64,000 nt of DNA from Azolla caroliniana (GCA_043228905.1 JBHGNT010000006.1:15996001-16060000), one strand, 5' to 3'. Shown: positions 48,978-61,249, counted from the first letter of the stretch. Notes: generated by a model not told the origin, from the letters alone. Made by a program: numbers and translations.

Positions 48978-51900
48978 TTACTCTTCCGTTTGAATAAACG
49001 GATTTACCGGCATATCTCCCAAATACGGTTTAAGCCGGAATCCATTTACCCATTTCGGTAAAACCTCTCCGGTTAATGATCCCAGCTGGTACGTACCATT
49101 TTTACTATTAATTATCCATACTGGACCTGTCCATCTATACCGGAGTTTCCCAGGCATAAGTCCCATTCTCGTCTGGAATAACAATACCGATTTCCCAATT
49201 TCGAATTGCTCTTCCGATTTCCTTTGATGTCGATTTACGAATGCCTTGATTTGTCTCTTCTTGTGTTCTAGTGCTGACATTGATTGAATCCGTTCTTCTT
49301 CTAATACTAATAAAGCCTCTTTGCGTATCTGCTCCGATTCTATTTCATTTAACTTATTCGTTGCTTGGATACGAAGTGTCGGAATTTGAAATTCGATCGG
49401 CATAACGGCTTCGAGTCCGAATGCCATTCGGAAAGGTGTTGATTTAATGGATGTTTTGTACGAAGTACGATATGCCCATAATGCACTATTTAACTTTTGA
49501 TCCCAATCAGTACAATTTTCATTCACTATCTTCTTTAAAATTGTTTGAATTGTTTTATTTGTCGATTCTGCCAATCCATTCGCTTGGGGATAGTAAGGCG
49601 TACTTTTCTTATGAACTACGGCATAGTAATTGGTTAATTCGTTAATTAACTTGTTAATAAAATGAGTGCCTTGATCGCTTACCAATTCTATTGGGCAACC
49701 GAATCGACACCATATATACTCATACAGGAATTTTGCTGTGGATGCTGCTGTATTGTCCCTGAGAGCTTTTGCTTCAACCCATTTTGTGCAATAGTCAGTC
49801 GCAATTATGATATATCGATTACCGGTTCTTGCAGCTGCTGGTTTGAATGGGCCAACAAAATCTAAGCCCCATTTCTGAAATGGCTCAAGAGGTAAAACCG
49901 GTTGAAAAGGCATTCGATCCTTTTCGGTTGGTTGCCCCATTCTTTGACACAAATCACATTTCTTACAGTATTCGTTAGCATCTTTCATCACCGTTGGCCA
50001 CCATAACCTGCTATTCCATATTTTTCTGGCTGTTGCTTCTCCTGCGTAATGACCGCCAGCAATTCCACAATGTGACTCTGTTAATATGGCTGATTTTTCA
50101 AATTTTCGTACTGCTCTTCGCCATATTCCATCCGCTCCTTTATGATACAATATGTCATTAAATAAACAAAAATTCCGACTTCGTACTGCAATTCTTTTTC
50201 TTTCATCTGTCGACATGTGTTCGGCCGGAATTCCTGTTGATAGAAATATCGTCATTTCGGAAATCCATTCATCCTCTTTTTCCTCATTCACTTCATGTGC
50301 TTTTACTACCTCAACCCGAAATAATTGAGTATCTGGAAAATCATCTTTAACCCCAACCGCTTCTTCTCCAGACTCAAGCCGATTGAGATAGTCAGCAATC
50401 GCGTGCTGTGCTCCTGGTCGATGTATAATGTCGAATTCAAACTCTTGAAGCAATAACGTCCATCTGGCTAACTTGCCTGTCAATTCTTGTTTGGAAACTA
50501 GATACAGTAAAGCCGAATGATCCACATGAAATGTAAATTTCTTACCCAAAAGGTAATGTCGAAATTTGTTCACACTATATATCATTCCCAAAGCTTCTCT
50601 TTCGGTTGTTGAATAGTTTCTTTCGGCCGACGAAAGTTTCCTACTGGCATAGTATACCGGCCTATACCAGTTTGGTTCGGATAATTGCATTAAAGCACTG
50701 CCTATGGCAATGTCCGACGCATCGACAAAAACATGAAATGGTTTGTTCCAGTCCGGTGGTTGAACTACCGGAACCTTCGTCAGCATCTTCTTGAGACATT
50801 CGTATGCATCTTGTTCTATACTTGTCCATATAAAAGGAACTTTGTGTACTGCTGTGTGTAACGGGATAGCAATGTCTGCTAGATATCTCATCATTCTACT
50901 GTGCCACCGAATTTGACCCAAAAATCTACTTAGAGCTTTAGCATTTGTTGGTGGTGTTGCCTCAATAATTGCTTTAACTTTGTCTGGGTCCACTGCAATC
51001 CCTTCTTGACTGACAATATGCCCAAGTAACGTACCACTCATTACTCCGAATGCGCATTTGGCTGGATTTAAGCTAAGACGCCCTTTTCGACATTTTTCTA
51101 AACATAGCCGTAAATGCTCAAAATGATCAGCTTTCCGACTATATACGGCAAAATCATCTAAAAACACCTGCATGAAAGCTGGAATATATTCCCCGAATAT
51201 TTCCTGTATTACCCGCTGAAATGTAGCTGGAGCTGTTTTTAAACCGAACATCATTACTACTGCCACAAAGACACCCCATTCTGTGACGAAGGCTGTCTTT
51301 TCCTGATCTTCCGGATTCATCCGTACTTGGTTGTACCCACTGAACCCATCCAAGAAACTATAAATTTCATGTCCCGCTACTGCATCTAATATGCCATCTG
51401 TGAATGGCAACGGAAACGCATCCGTAATTGTCGCTGCATTCAATTTTCTGTAATCCACACGTACGCGAATTTTCCCATTCTTTTTCAGGACTACTACTAT
51501 CGGACTCAGCCATGTTGATTTTTTGACGGGTCGAATAAATCCTACTTTTAAGAGTTTATCGATTTCTTCTTTTACTTTGATAGCATAATTCGGATTCAAC
51601 CTGTACCTGCGTTGTTGTACTGGCTTTGCATCTTTATGCAAATTGATTTGATGTTGACAAAAAGCGGGATCCAGACCTTTCATATCGTCAAACGACCATG
51701 CAAAAACATCTTTATATTGTAATAGTAATGTTGTTAATGTCCGTTTGTCATTTTCCGCCAAATCTCTAGCAATCAAGACTGTTTTTCTTTCAGCATCCTC
51801 TACTCCTGCCAAATCGATCTCCTCCAATGCTAAGGCTTGCACTCTCTGAGATACCTTCATTTCCTTATCTGTAGCTTCTTGTTGCATTCGTATTTCTTTC

Positions 51901-52850
51901 ATTGTTTGCTCATCGATTGGCACTTCTTCGTGTGAGTCTACATATGGTGTTAATGCTTGCAGAATATCTACCTCAAATAGAGGGATGATTTTCTGATTAT
52001 CATCGAAATACTGACTTTCTTCTTCCTCGTCCAATCCTTCCATCATATTAACTGCTTCTGCATGTACAGGTAAACTTTGTTTGCTTGTTGTCACTTTGTT
52101 GTGCGTCGGAATCCTGACCTTAGTTTTTCCTTTCCTAAATGTTAGCACATTTTGTTTCCAATTTTGTTTAATATTAGCTGTCTTTAACCATGGTCTCCCC
52201 AATAACAAGGGGTATGCTCCCTGTGTTTCTAACTGCAAAATTACTGCCGAAATCTGAAAACTGTGTCCCCCAATTATTACGTCCAGTTCTCGAAGCAAAC
52301 CAATCGGTCGTACCGTACTTGTATCTGCCATTCGTAACCAAAACGGACATGCTTCCCATTCCGTGATTCCCAGTTTTTCACATGTAGTTTTGTTAATCAC
52401 ATTAACACCCGAGCCTCCATCTATAATCACATTTCCGATTTCTTGCCCGTAAAGTATTACCTTAATCGACGGATTCTGTTCATCCATGATCGAAGGGTTA
52501 TTACTTGGCTGATTGTAGTGTACTGCTATTTGTTCGGAACCTTTATATGCAATTAATGCTGCCACTTTTTCTGTAAACCTTGGTACTAACTTAAGTAAGC
52601 CCGTAAGTGGCAATGACACTTGGCAATCAGCCAACAGTTTCGAAGTTTCTTCCTGTTCCTTATTCCCCAATGACTGTTGTACAGCGATGTCCTGGTCAAT
52701 GTTATTGTCTTGTAACATTCGATTCACATTACTTTGATTTGCTTCGTCCACCCATTCTTTTGCCGCCTTCCGAACTTCTTCCTGAATTTCCCACTCTGAT
52801 TGTTTGCTTTTGCTGCGTGTCGTTACTTGCTGAACTTCCGGTATTACCAT
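48978..52850 (-). CDS. B2 PR-RT-RNase H-integrase, uninterrupted 1290 aa
   Basis: All catalytic motifs present (IIDGGSG, FLDD, VDASD, GLDFVGP/SDQG/AE); the upstream gag is broken. Confidence 0.92.
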   Translation of the reverse strand: MVIPEVQQVTTRSKSKQSEWEIQEEVRKAAKEWVDEANQSNVNRMLQDNNIDQDIAVQQSLGNKEQEETSKLLADCQVSLPLTGLLKLVPRFTEKVAALIAYKGSEQIAVHYNQPSNNPSIMDEQNPSIKVILYGQEIGNVIIDGGSGVNVINKTTCEKLGITEWEACPFWLRMADTSTVRPIGLLRELDVIIGGHSFQISAVILQLETQGAYPLLLGRPWLKTANIKQNWKQNVLTFRKGKTKVRIPTHNKVTTSKQSLPVHAEAVNMMEGLDEEEESQYFDDNQKIIPLFEVDILQALTPYVDSHEEVPIDEQTMKEIRMQQEATDKEMKVSQRVQALALEEIDLAGVEDAERKTVLIARDLAENDKRTLTTLLLQYKDVFAWSFDDMKGLDPAFCQHQINLHKDAKPVQQRRYRLNPNYAIKVKEEIDKLLKVGFIRPVKKSTWLSPIVVVLKKNGKIRVRVDYRKLNAATITDAFPLPFTDGILDAVAGHEIYSFLDGFSGYNQVRMNPEDQEKTAFVTEWGVFVAVVMMFGLKTAPATFQRVIQEIFGEYIPAFMQVFLDDFAVYSRKADHFEHLRLCLEKCRKGRLSLNPAKCAFGVMSGTLLGHIVSQEGIAVDPDKVKAIIEATPPTNAKALSRFLGQIRWHSRMMRYLADIAIPLHTAVHKVPFIWTSIEQDAYECLKKMLTKVPVVQPPDWNKPFHVFVDASDIAIGSALMQLSEPNWYRPVYYASRKLSSAERNYSTTEREALGMIYSVNKFRHYLLGKKFTFHVDHSALLYLVSKQELTGKLARWTLLLQEFEFDIIHRPGAQHAIADYLNRLESGEEAVGVKDDFPDTQLFRVEVVKAHEVNEEKEDEWISEMTIFLSTGIPAEHMSTDERKRIAVRSRNFCLFNDILYHKGADGIWRRAVRKFEKSAILTESHCGIAGGHYAGEATARKIWNSRLWWPTVMKDANEYCKKCDLCQRMGQPTEKDRMPFQPVLPLEPFQKWGLDFVGPFKPAAARTGNRYIIIATDYCTKWVEAKALRDNTAASTAKFLYEYIWCRFGCPIELVSDQGTHFINKLINELTNYYAVVHKKSTPYYPQANGLAESTNKTIQTILKKIVNENCTDWDQKLNSALWAYRTSYKTSIKSTPFRMAFGLEAVMPIEFQIPTLRIQATNKLNEIESEQIRKEALLVLEEERIQSMSALEHKKRQIKAFVNRHQRKSEEQFEIGKSVLLFQTRMGLMPGKLRYRWTGPVWIINSKNGTYQLGSLTGEVLPKWVNGFRLKPYLGDMPVNPFIQTEE

Positions 52851-54469
52851 ATTAACTGCTGGACCCTTTCCTTTAACCGGACATTGATTAGCATAATGGC
52901 CTATTTGTCGACAAATGTAACAAGTGGGTACAAATGTTGCACTGGTCTCTCCATGTGCAAATTGGCCGTTATTAAATTGCTGCTCTTCATTACCATTCGG
53001 TTTTGTTGGTATTGACGTGTAGCTTTTGGTTTGTAAAATCTCTTGTTTTTATACCGATTCTGCCTAAATTGTTCAGTATTATCATTTGGTTGTGCTATAT
53101 TGTGTGGTATCCCGAACTCCTGATTTGGCAGAAAATTACTCTGTTGAAACATTTGATTATTTTGTGGAACGGTTTGATTATTATGTTGAAAAGTCATATT
53201 ACCCGGTTGAAATGCCGGATTTGGTTGAAATGTAGAATTCGGTTGCACATTCGGACAGTTCTGTTGAAACCCTTGAAATGGTGGGTTACCTTGTTGGAAA
53301 TTTTGATTATTTTGTTGAAAATATTGATTCGGATTCTGTACGAATGGTGGGTTGGATTGAGCAAAACCTGGTTGAAATGCTTGAGTCACTTGAGTGGGTT
53401 GCATATTTTGTTGTGAAAAGATCTGATTTGGCTGTAGAACCGGATTCTGTTGTACATTTTGCTGATTTTGTGAAAAATTATTATTTTGATAACCATTGAA
53501 CAGATTAGTGTTATTTTGGTAACCATTGTCAGTAAAAATTTGTCGTACTGACGCCGTAGTCTTATTAAGCAGATTATATTCACATTGTTCTACTGAATGT
53601 AATTTTGAATGACATATTGTACAATGTGTTCTTAACGTACATTCAATTGCCGAATGCCCCGTATTTAAACAAGTGGTGCATTGAACTGCTTGTCGAAATT
53701 GTAACTCCTCTATTGTTGGTAATGTACGGTGTAATGCCGACATGTCCATACTCTGAACATTGACCGGTGGTCGACCCATTTCTATTGCTTTATCAATTAC
53801 TTGTTCGATAGTCTGATTTCGAAAATCGAACACTTTCAATGTCGTCCTTAATGGTTCTTTTACAGCTTCTAGAAAGACTTCTTTTAATTCCTTATCCGGA
53901 ATCGGCCTTGAAATCTGAAGCTGTAAGTTCTGAAATCGTATCACAAACTGAGATACTGTTTCATTTTTTTCTTGATATAACGCATAAAATTGCGCAATCA
54001 AATCCTTCTGCGGAATTTGTTGATGAAATAATTGTAAAAATTTACTAGTTAACACTTCAAAGGATGGAAATCCTTGAAGACCGTTCTACGCAAACCAATT
54101 AGCGGAATATCCGTCTAATGATAAGACGAACTCAGCGATTTTTGACTTATCTTCGGCATCTGCCGACAATCGCTGAGCTCCATGGTTAATCTCCCATGTC
54201 GTTAAGAAATCCCTAACATGTGCTTCCGCATCTGTTCCTTCCCGGAACTTAGAATAAGTATAAGGCATATCGTCCCAAATGTCGTAAAACGATACCTCTT
54301 CCGTCTGTTTTTCGTCTGAAGGTAATTGATCAGATAAGTCAGGAAGTTTCGACCACTTTGTGCTTGATTCCGGCTGTTCTTGCGCAATGAACGCTTGCTG
54401 CACTACCTTCGTAATTGACCTTGTACGAGGGCGCTTACAACTAACCGGTACCTCCTCTTCATACGACAT
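52851..54469 (-). pseudogene. B2 gag with stop at ~54086 and frameshift at ~53000
   Basis: Collinear with B1 gag, including the Q/N-rich region. Confidence 0.9.
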
Positions 54470-54504
54470 CCATTCGAATTGTTCTCTGCTTAATTGCAGA
54501 TGTA

Positions 54505-54517
54505 ACCGGGCGTGCCA
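54505..54517 (-). promoter_or_regulatory. B2 PBS, tRNA-Arg(UCU)-type
   Basis: TGGCACGCCCGGT on the minus strand, 11 nt from the LTR. Confidence 0.75.
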
Positions 54518-54528
54518 AAATTCTTCTG

Positions 54529-54984
54529 TGTTAATCGACTAATTACTAACTACTACCGATACAGAAGAGTGAACGTCACTACTCAACGTTCTAACAAGGA
54601 ATTGTGTTTTACGAACGGAATTATACTATATTAATCGGTAATTACCGTGATCGTTACTTAGTTATAAATTAGGAAGCTTGCACTTAAGAACATAGACAAT
54701 AGAAAGAACACAGAATCCGTACAGGATATTCCTAACTTAAACTTATATTACTAAATAAACGACCTTTCTTACAATGCCTTCGGTTCCCTTTTATAGGTAT
54801 ACCGAAGGTCTTTTCTCATCAAGAACTATTCCTACTTACTATCAAGATTTACAAAATTATCTAACTAACTTAGTTCTCTTCGTTTACTGCTGAGTCATTG
54901 ATCCGAACAGTTGATCCGAACCGATTCTGTTTTCGACGCTTTCCCACTTGTTCGGTAAAACTGACTATCCGGGTCCGGGTAACA
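54529..54984 (-). repeat. B2 5' LTR
   Basis: Repeat of 45623-46078. Confidence 0.95.
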
Positions 54985-54989
54985 AAATG

Positions 54990-55558
54990 AGGCGGAACCT
55001 CGGGGGTCCTGTACCAAAGAGCAAGAGAGGAATGGGAAGAAACCCTCCACGTGCGAGCGTAGAGTCACAGGGACACGGCCCTTCGACGCAAAGACGCAAG
55101 TATGGCAGCGACACAGAAAGGCACGAATGTATATATGTATTAACAAAGGCAAACAACAAGAACACGAAGTCGGTTACAACCGAACAGGCCGGCGAACAGA
55201 TGTCGATGCCTGTTCGTAAACGTACAGAAAGACAGGAGCAGGTTGGAGATGCTGCCGGAAGCACTCGGGCATTCCTCAGAGCAGTGCGAGCCTCCCGAAA
55301 CCTGCACAGAAGGAAGCTATGGAGTTTGCGAACCAGAGAGAGAGAGGGAAGCCTTCGCACGCAAACCGACAGCACTTCGTCCTCGACTCTCCGCGATCCC
55401 CTTTCCCTCCTCGTCTCCCTCCTTTTATAGGCGAGGAAGGAGCCGTTTTCCCCTTTACTTCCTACCCACCTAGGATCTTCTATGGACAACATTCGAGAAG
55501 AGCCGGTTCCTACGCTCCTCTGCACCGATTCCGCTTATGGGCGGTTTTCTTCACGACA
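54990..55558 (-). repeat. C2 3' LTR (main part)
   Basis: Direct repeat of ~61298-61882. Confidence 0.93.
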
Positions 55559-55595
55559 TCCGCCCCCACCTAACCGCGCATCCACCGGCATGCGC
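55559..55595 (-). promoter_or_regulatory. C2 pre-LTR hairpin plus PPT-like tract
   Basis: Minus strand GCGCAT-GCCGGTGG-ATGCGC-GGTTAGGTGGGGGCGGA, then the LTR. Confidence 0.75.
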
Positions 55596-55631
55596 CAAAT
55601 TGAGTTGGGATGGAGAAAACCGGTCCAGCCT

Positions 55632-58600
55632 TCATTCCCCGCCCGTCGGTCCTTCCTCGGTTTCGGATCGCTCGTCGTCGCGGTCCAGGCTAACCGGATC
55701 CGGCTCGTCGTCATGACGCTTCTTGAACGTTTTGATCCGCTTCCCAGCTACTGGTATCGCCATTCTCGTGCCGTCGAGCTCCGCCAGATGGTACGTCTCG
55801 TTGTTGTTGGCGCTTTGTACCACGTAAGGCCCGAACCACCTTCTTGCAAACTTCCGTGTCGCTCGGTGTTGGTTGTCAAGGCTACTCTCGTAGACTAGCA
55901 CCCAGTCGCCTTCCTCGATCTTCTTCGGTCGGAGCCGGTGCGTTCGGTCAAACCGGGCTTTGTTCCTCATCCTTGCTTCCCGGAGCTTTTCCGCAACCTG
56001 CTCCACGTCCTCCGGTCTTCGCTCGAGCTGTCGTATGCGCGCCGCCAACAGTTCCTCCCAGCTCATCTCGTCTCTCCAGTCCACGGTTGCCCATGAGGAG
56101 ATCGTACGTTCCATCGGCATGATCGGCTTCTGCCCAAACATCAGCTCTACCGGCATGAATCCGGTTACCGAACTGTGCGTAGTTCGGTCCGCCCACAACG
56201 CGTAAGGCAACAGCCGCAACCAGTTCCCGACTTGACCTCCGCATGCCCGAACTAATGCCTTGACAATCGGTCCGTGACCGCGCTCCACCTTCCCATTCGC
56301 CTCCGGATTATACGCAGTGGTAAGCGAGAGCTTGACTCCTAGCCGATCGAACAGCTCCTCGGCCTCTTCGGCGTCCAACTCCCCGCGATCAGCCATTATC
56401 TTCCCGACGCACCCGTACCGGCATATCACGTCCTCGATCAGGAACCGACATACGACCGCGGTCGTTTTGTTCTGAAGGGCCCGGCCTTCTACCTGGTTCG
56501 TCAGATCTTCCCGAGCCAGGACCAGATACCGCATCTGTCCTACTCCCATCGGCATCGTCACCAGGTCTACCATCCATTTGAAGTGGATGGTCGGAGGGTA
56601 CGTAGGGTGAAGCTCGTCCCGATGTTGGACTACGGAGTGCATCTGACAGCTCTCGCAAGTCGTCACGAACCGATGCACGTCCCGGTACAGTCCCGGCCAC
56701 CAGTACTTCCCCTTTATCTTCTCGAACGTGGCCCACGTTCCACGGTGTCCAGCCCAAGGGCTGTCATGGTAGGCCGTCAGCAGCTCCTCCTGTTCTTCCT
56801 TCATCGCCACCACCCGGAGCGGGATGTCGTTCCTCTTCTTCGGGTGCTTCAATAAGTATCCGTCCCGGAGAAAGAATCGGTAAGCTTTCTTCCGGATCCG
56901 GTTGGCCTCGTCCCTCGTTCATGACGTATCCAGCATCATTGTCCTCAAAAATCCCCCGATCTTGAGCCACTCGCCATCGTACCTTCTCTCGTCGAAGTCG
57001 TTAAGTGCCGGAGTGCTCGTCCCATCGGTTGTTACGTACGCCGCCTTGAAGAAGTCCACGCCGACTTCTTCGTCCTCCGAAACCATGCCGCCCTCGTCAT
57101 CAAACCTCACCCTCGAAAGCATGTCGGCCATGGCGTTCTCTTTTCCGGAAATGTGTCGTATTTCCGGGTCCAGGGACTTGATGTACGCTATCCACCTGAG
57201 CATCGCCAGGTCCGGTGTCGCGCATCCGGAAACCATGCCGAGAATTGGCAGGCAATCCGTCTCGATAATCACTTCTGCCCCGATCAGGTAGTCTTTGTCG
57301 GCCTTTACTGCCGAAACGATACCCCAGAGTTCGCGTTTAACCTGGGCGTACCCTCGCTGTCGCTCACTGAGGACCTTCGCGCCGAATCCGATCGGGAACC
57401 GAATGCCGTCCTCGTCTTCTTGGTTGACGACCCATCCGATCCCGGTCGGACTCGTATCCACCGTTATGTACACCGGGGTACCCTTCCCGTAGACAGCCTT
57501 CCGGAGCGCCGGTGCTGCCGCAAGAGCTTCCTTCAGCTTCCGGACCGACTCCGTGTGCTCGTCTCGCCATTCGAATTTTCGCCCTTTCTTCAGCAACCCG
57601 TACAGCGGCTCCGCAACGTGGGCGTAATGCGGGATCCATATGTGGTAGAATGCGCATGCCCCCAGGAACCTCCGAACTTCCGTAACCGAGCTACAGTCGG
57701 TCTTCATCGCGGAGATGGCTTCTACCTTTGCCGGAGACGGATTCCGGCCATATGGCCCACATAGGTGTCCGACTACCAGGATTTCCGATTGCCCAAAGGC
57801 CGATTTCTCCCCGGAGAAGGTGAGCCTCGCATCCTCTAGCCTTTGTAGCACCTTCTCGCAGTCGTCGATGTGTTTCGGCACGAATCGCCGGCATCTGTCC
57901 GGCCCGACTGTCTCGTCCTTCTCCTCCACCGGGCACCCCTTGATCGGGATGTCGTCTAGAATCGGCATGGTGATGTCTGGGATGCAATCCCTCAGTACCT
58001 TGTTCATTGCATTCACCATGTGGGCCACCGAGTTGGTCCCTCCTTGTGGCAGGGTACACATTCGCACTAGGCCGAGGGGAGTTCGCATCGTCGTAATGTC
58101 TCTGCTCTCCACGGCTAGCTGGAACTGGTCGTATCCTGAGTACAGATCACCGACCAAGTAGATCGACCTTCCGGCGAAGGCCTCCGCGAACTCGTCTATG
58201 GTCGGTCCGATTCATGCGTTCCGAATGGTCACTCTGTTGACCGACTGCAGGTCCTGAATGAAGCGCATCGTTCCGTTTTTCTTTGGTACGGTAAACCATC
58301 AGTTCGAGTATGGGGCACTCGACGGTTCGAGAATGCCCATGTCTACTTTCTGCCTCAATAGCTCCATCAACTTCGGGATGTGAGCTCTCGGTACTGGAAT
58401 CGGCTTGAGATTCCATGGCACATGCGGTGCCGTGAATATCACCATCGGCTCCACGATTGTCGGGTCTACGCACCCGATCTCCTCCGGCGAGAATGCGAAG
58501 GCTTTCCCGTGCCCTCCGAGCATTCTCCGAAACCGGTCTTCCTCCACCGGCAGTAGGAACCCGCCCCCACCGATCTTGAGCTCCCGGAGCGTCCCGTCGG

Positions 58601-59098
58601 TGAAGGTGTGTCCTATGCAGGCCGGATCTCGTAAACTGGGGTCCGACGCCACCCCTCTGATTCGGGACTCGCTGCCCTCCGGCAAGGGTGCCGCGACTGG
58701 CCTTACCTTCCGGTTCACAGTCTTGTACTTCGTGCTAACTCGGGCCGTCCGATCCGACCTGAGCCCCTGACTAAAGTCCGCGATGACTTCGTACATCTCT
58801 TCGGAACATACCGGTATCGTCCGGTCTTCGTTAAGGTCTTCTCCGGCAACCCTCCTCAGCATCCCCAAGGTGTCGTCGAAGGAGACCGCCTCCACGGCTC
58901 CGTTGATTTCCTCGTCCGGGCCGAGAACTCCGCACGCTCGAAGTCACACTTCCGTCCTGGTCTTTTCTCGCCCAACGATGCCGACTATCATACACCCACC
59001 GTGGTTGGAGAAGCAAATTTTTCTACCTATCGTACAGTCGTGGGGTCCTTTCCGAGTGTCCGGGCTGTCTCGGCCCCACGCCTTGGCAGCCCTCTCTA
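55632..59098 (-). pseudogene. C2 pol (RT-RNase H-integrase), disrupted
   Basis: GDLYSGYDQ, LPQGGTNSV, PILDDIP, TVDTSPTGIG, WMVDLV, ADRGE, NGKVERGH, WFGPY. Confidence 0.92.
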
Positions 59099-61249
59099 AA
59101 AATCCTCCCGGTTTTCGCCACCGAGGGATTCGCGGTTTCTCTCGTGGTTCGGCCACACCGTCAGAAATTGGACCGAATGGCGCCCGTCCTGGCTTTTGAC
59201 CCTCGCGTAGGCCGAACTGTTGTCCAGCACCTTGGTCTCCATTCGCGCCGCCGTGATGTATGGTTCACCTAATATGACCGGGTGCGAGGACGTCTCCTGT
59301 ACGAAGAAGTGCTGGTCAATCTCGACGTCGCCGATCTTGACTCGCACGTTCGGGCAGGCCCCATGCAGTTCCTCGGTGGCGCGCGTCGCCGCCCGTATCT
59401 TCCACCCGTGCTTGGTGTTGATCGGCCACTTCCCCTTCTTATAGAAGTCCATGGACATCAAGTTTATTTCCGAACCGTGGTCCACCAACGCCACCACCGG
59501 TTCCTGAACATCTCCGATCTTTACCGGGGTCTCCGTGGTCGCTCGGGCCCAGTGTGGCCTCGAATAGTGGCTCTCCGCCCACTCATCTGCCAGCGCTGAG
59601 TCGTCGATGTGCGTCGTCCGCACCTCTACCGGTCTTTCCGGATCCGTCTCCGTCGACAGCCTCTTCCGTTTCACCAGGTCTACAATGGAGTCGTGGAACT
59701 CCTTCTTGGCGATCCCTAACACCTCTCGCAATGACAGCTCTACTTTGCTGTCGAGGATCCGTTCTTCTAGCACCTTTCGTAGGTCCGTAGTCCTTTCTAT
59801 CTCCGTCCCTAGTCGGTATCCGCCCTTCCTGGGGTTATCTTGCGAGCTGGACCCGCCGGCATCGTTCCGTCGTTGCCCGAATCGGGTCTCGTATCGTTGT
59901 GAGGGCCCGGCCGCTCCGGCTTTCCCCACTCGCTTGTCTTCTACCAGAGCCTCGTAGTTCCGGCAGGCGGCTTCTACGAAGCCCGTCTTCTCCTCGACCG
60001 GATCGCTCCACCCGGTTATTTCCTGGACCCGTCTCTCAGCGCGGTCCGTTTCATCTTTCCTTAGTCGTGCGCCGGCAAGACCTTCCAGCATTGCCGCCCA
60101 GAATCCGTCTTTGCCCTCCTTTCGGGCCTCGCTGCACCCGACCCGAATGCCGGCCGACGCCGAGTAGTGGATGGCTTCCACGTGTCGGGCCGCAGCCTCT
60201 TCCATCAGTCTCTTCATACCTCCTTGTCCGTCGTTTCGGTTCAGGGCCCTCCTGGTGTCGCCGGCATGCACCCGGCCTTCCCATAGGTACACCACCCAGT
60301 TCCTCAACGCTTCTGCGAAATCGCCACAGTCCTTCCGGATGTGGCCGACCTCGTCGCACCACATGCACCTGTTCCCTGCTGCCGGCCGTCGGTCACGAGC
60401 CGGTTCGCCACCTTCCCTTCGAGTCTGGCCGATCTAGAGATCCTTTATCGCCCGCGTCAATTCCTCCAGCGCTGCTCCTCCGGACGAGCCACTGACCATG
60501 CCGGTCGAAGCCGGACCGGTCCCGAGCCATTCCCGGGTCTCTTCCCTTCGCACTTGCGGTGCCGGTTCAAGCCTCCTTGCTGTGACAGAGCCCGCACCTG
60601 CCGCCCCGTTGTCAGCCCATTCTCGCCGTTTATCGAAACGGCCACAGACTCTCTTAACCGCAGCCCAGTCGGTTGTCAGCCCGTCCTCAGTTTCCAGCAA
60701 GGAGCCTACTTGGTCCCGGTCCTGCTCGTCCACCGACTTGACGAACAGTAGGACTCGGCTCATATCCAGAACGGTTCGGTCAAGCGCCGAAAGGCGCGCA
60801 AAGCATTCTTCGAACTCCCGGAGGAGTGCCGTCGCGTTCCTTCCCTTGCCGGGGAACTCCACCCATTCCATGAAGTCCCTTTTCGAAAGCCGGAGCGCGT
60901 CGTCCAGCTCGTATTTTTCTAGGAGTCGGCCTTCGAACTCCTCCCAGGTACGGCTCTCCGCCCGCACCTCGAGCACCTCCGCATGGATGCTCGGCATCGC
61001 CACTCGAGGAAACCCGGCAAGACGCCTCTCTTCCGGAATGTCCCGCATCAACATTTCTGCCCCGTAGGACGCCAAATACTTCGTGGCATCCTTTCCGCTG
61101 AACCGGCTGATCGTACCGACGACCACCTCAATGGCTCTGTCGAGGGCGTCGGTGCCCTCGCTTGCACTCAATATCCGATCTACGGCCGAAGCCATGGCCT
61201 CTGCAAGATCCGACCCTTTCATCTTCTGCTCTTCTGCCGCCTCCTTCAC
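59096..61249 (-). pseudogene. C2 gag-protease with one stop at ~60434
   Basis: CMWCDEVGHIRKDC; ALVDHGSEINL; ends ...EDF-TAG. Confidence 0.9.

Larger units (their letters stand above)
45623..54984 (-). mobile_element. Full-length Ty3/Gypsy element B2 (inverted sister copy of B1)
   Basis: LTRs 45623-46078 and 54529-54984; TSD GAATG/AAATG; the uninterrupted C2 LTR has a single GAATG. Confidence 0.96.

Noticed and set aside
54948-55898. ORFs of 130-210 aa in C2 LTRs
   Set aside because: Frames differ between the two LTR copies and cross insertion junctions; GC-rich chance ORFs.
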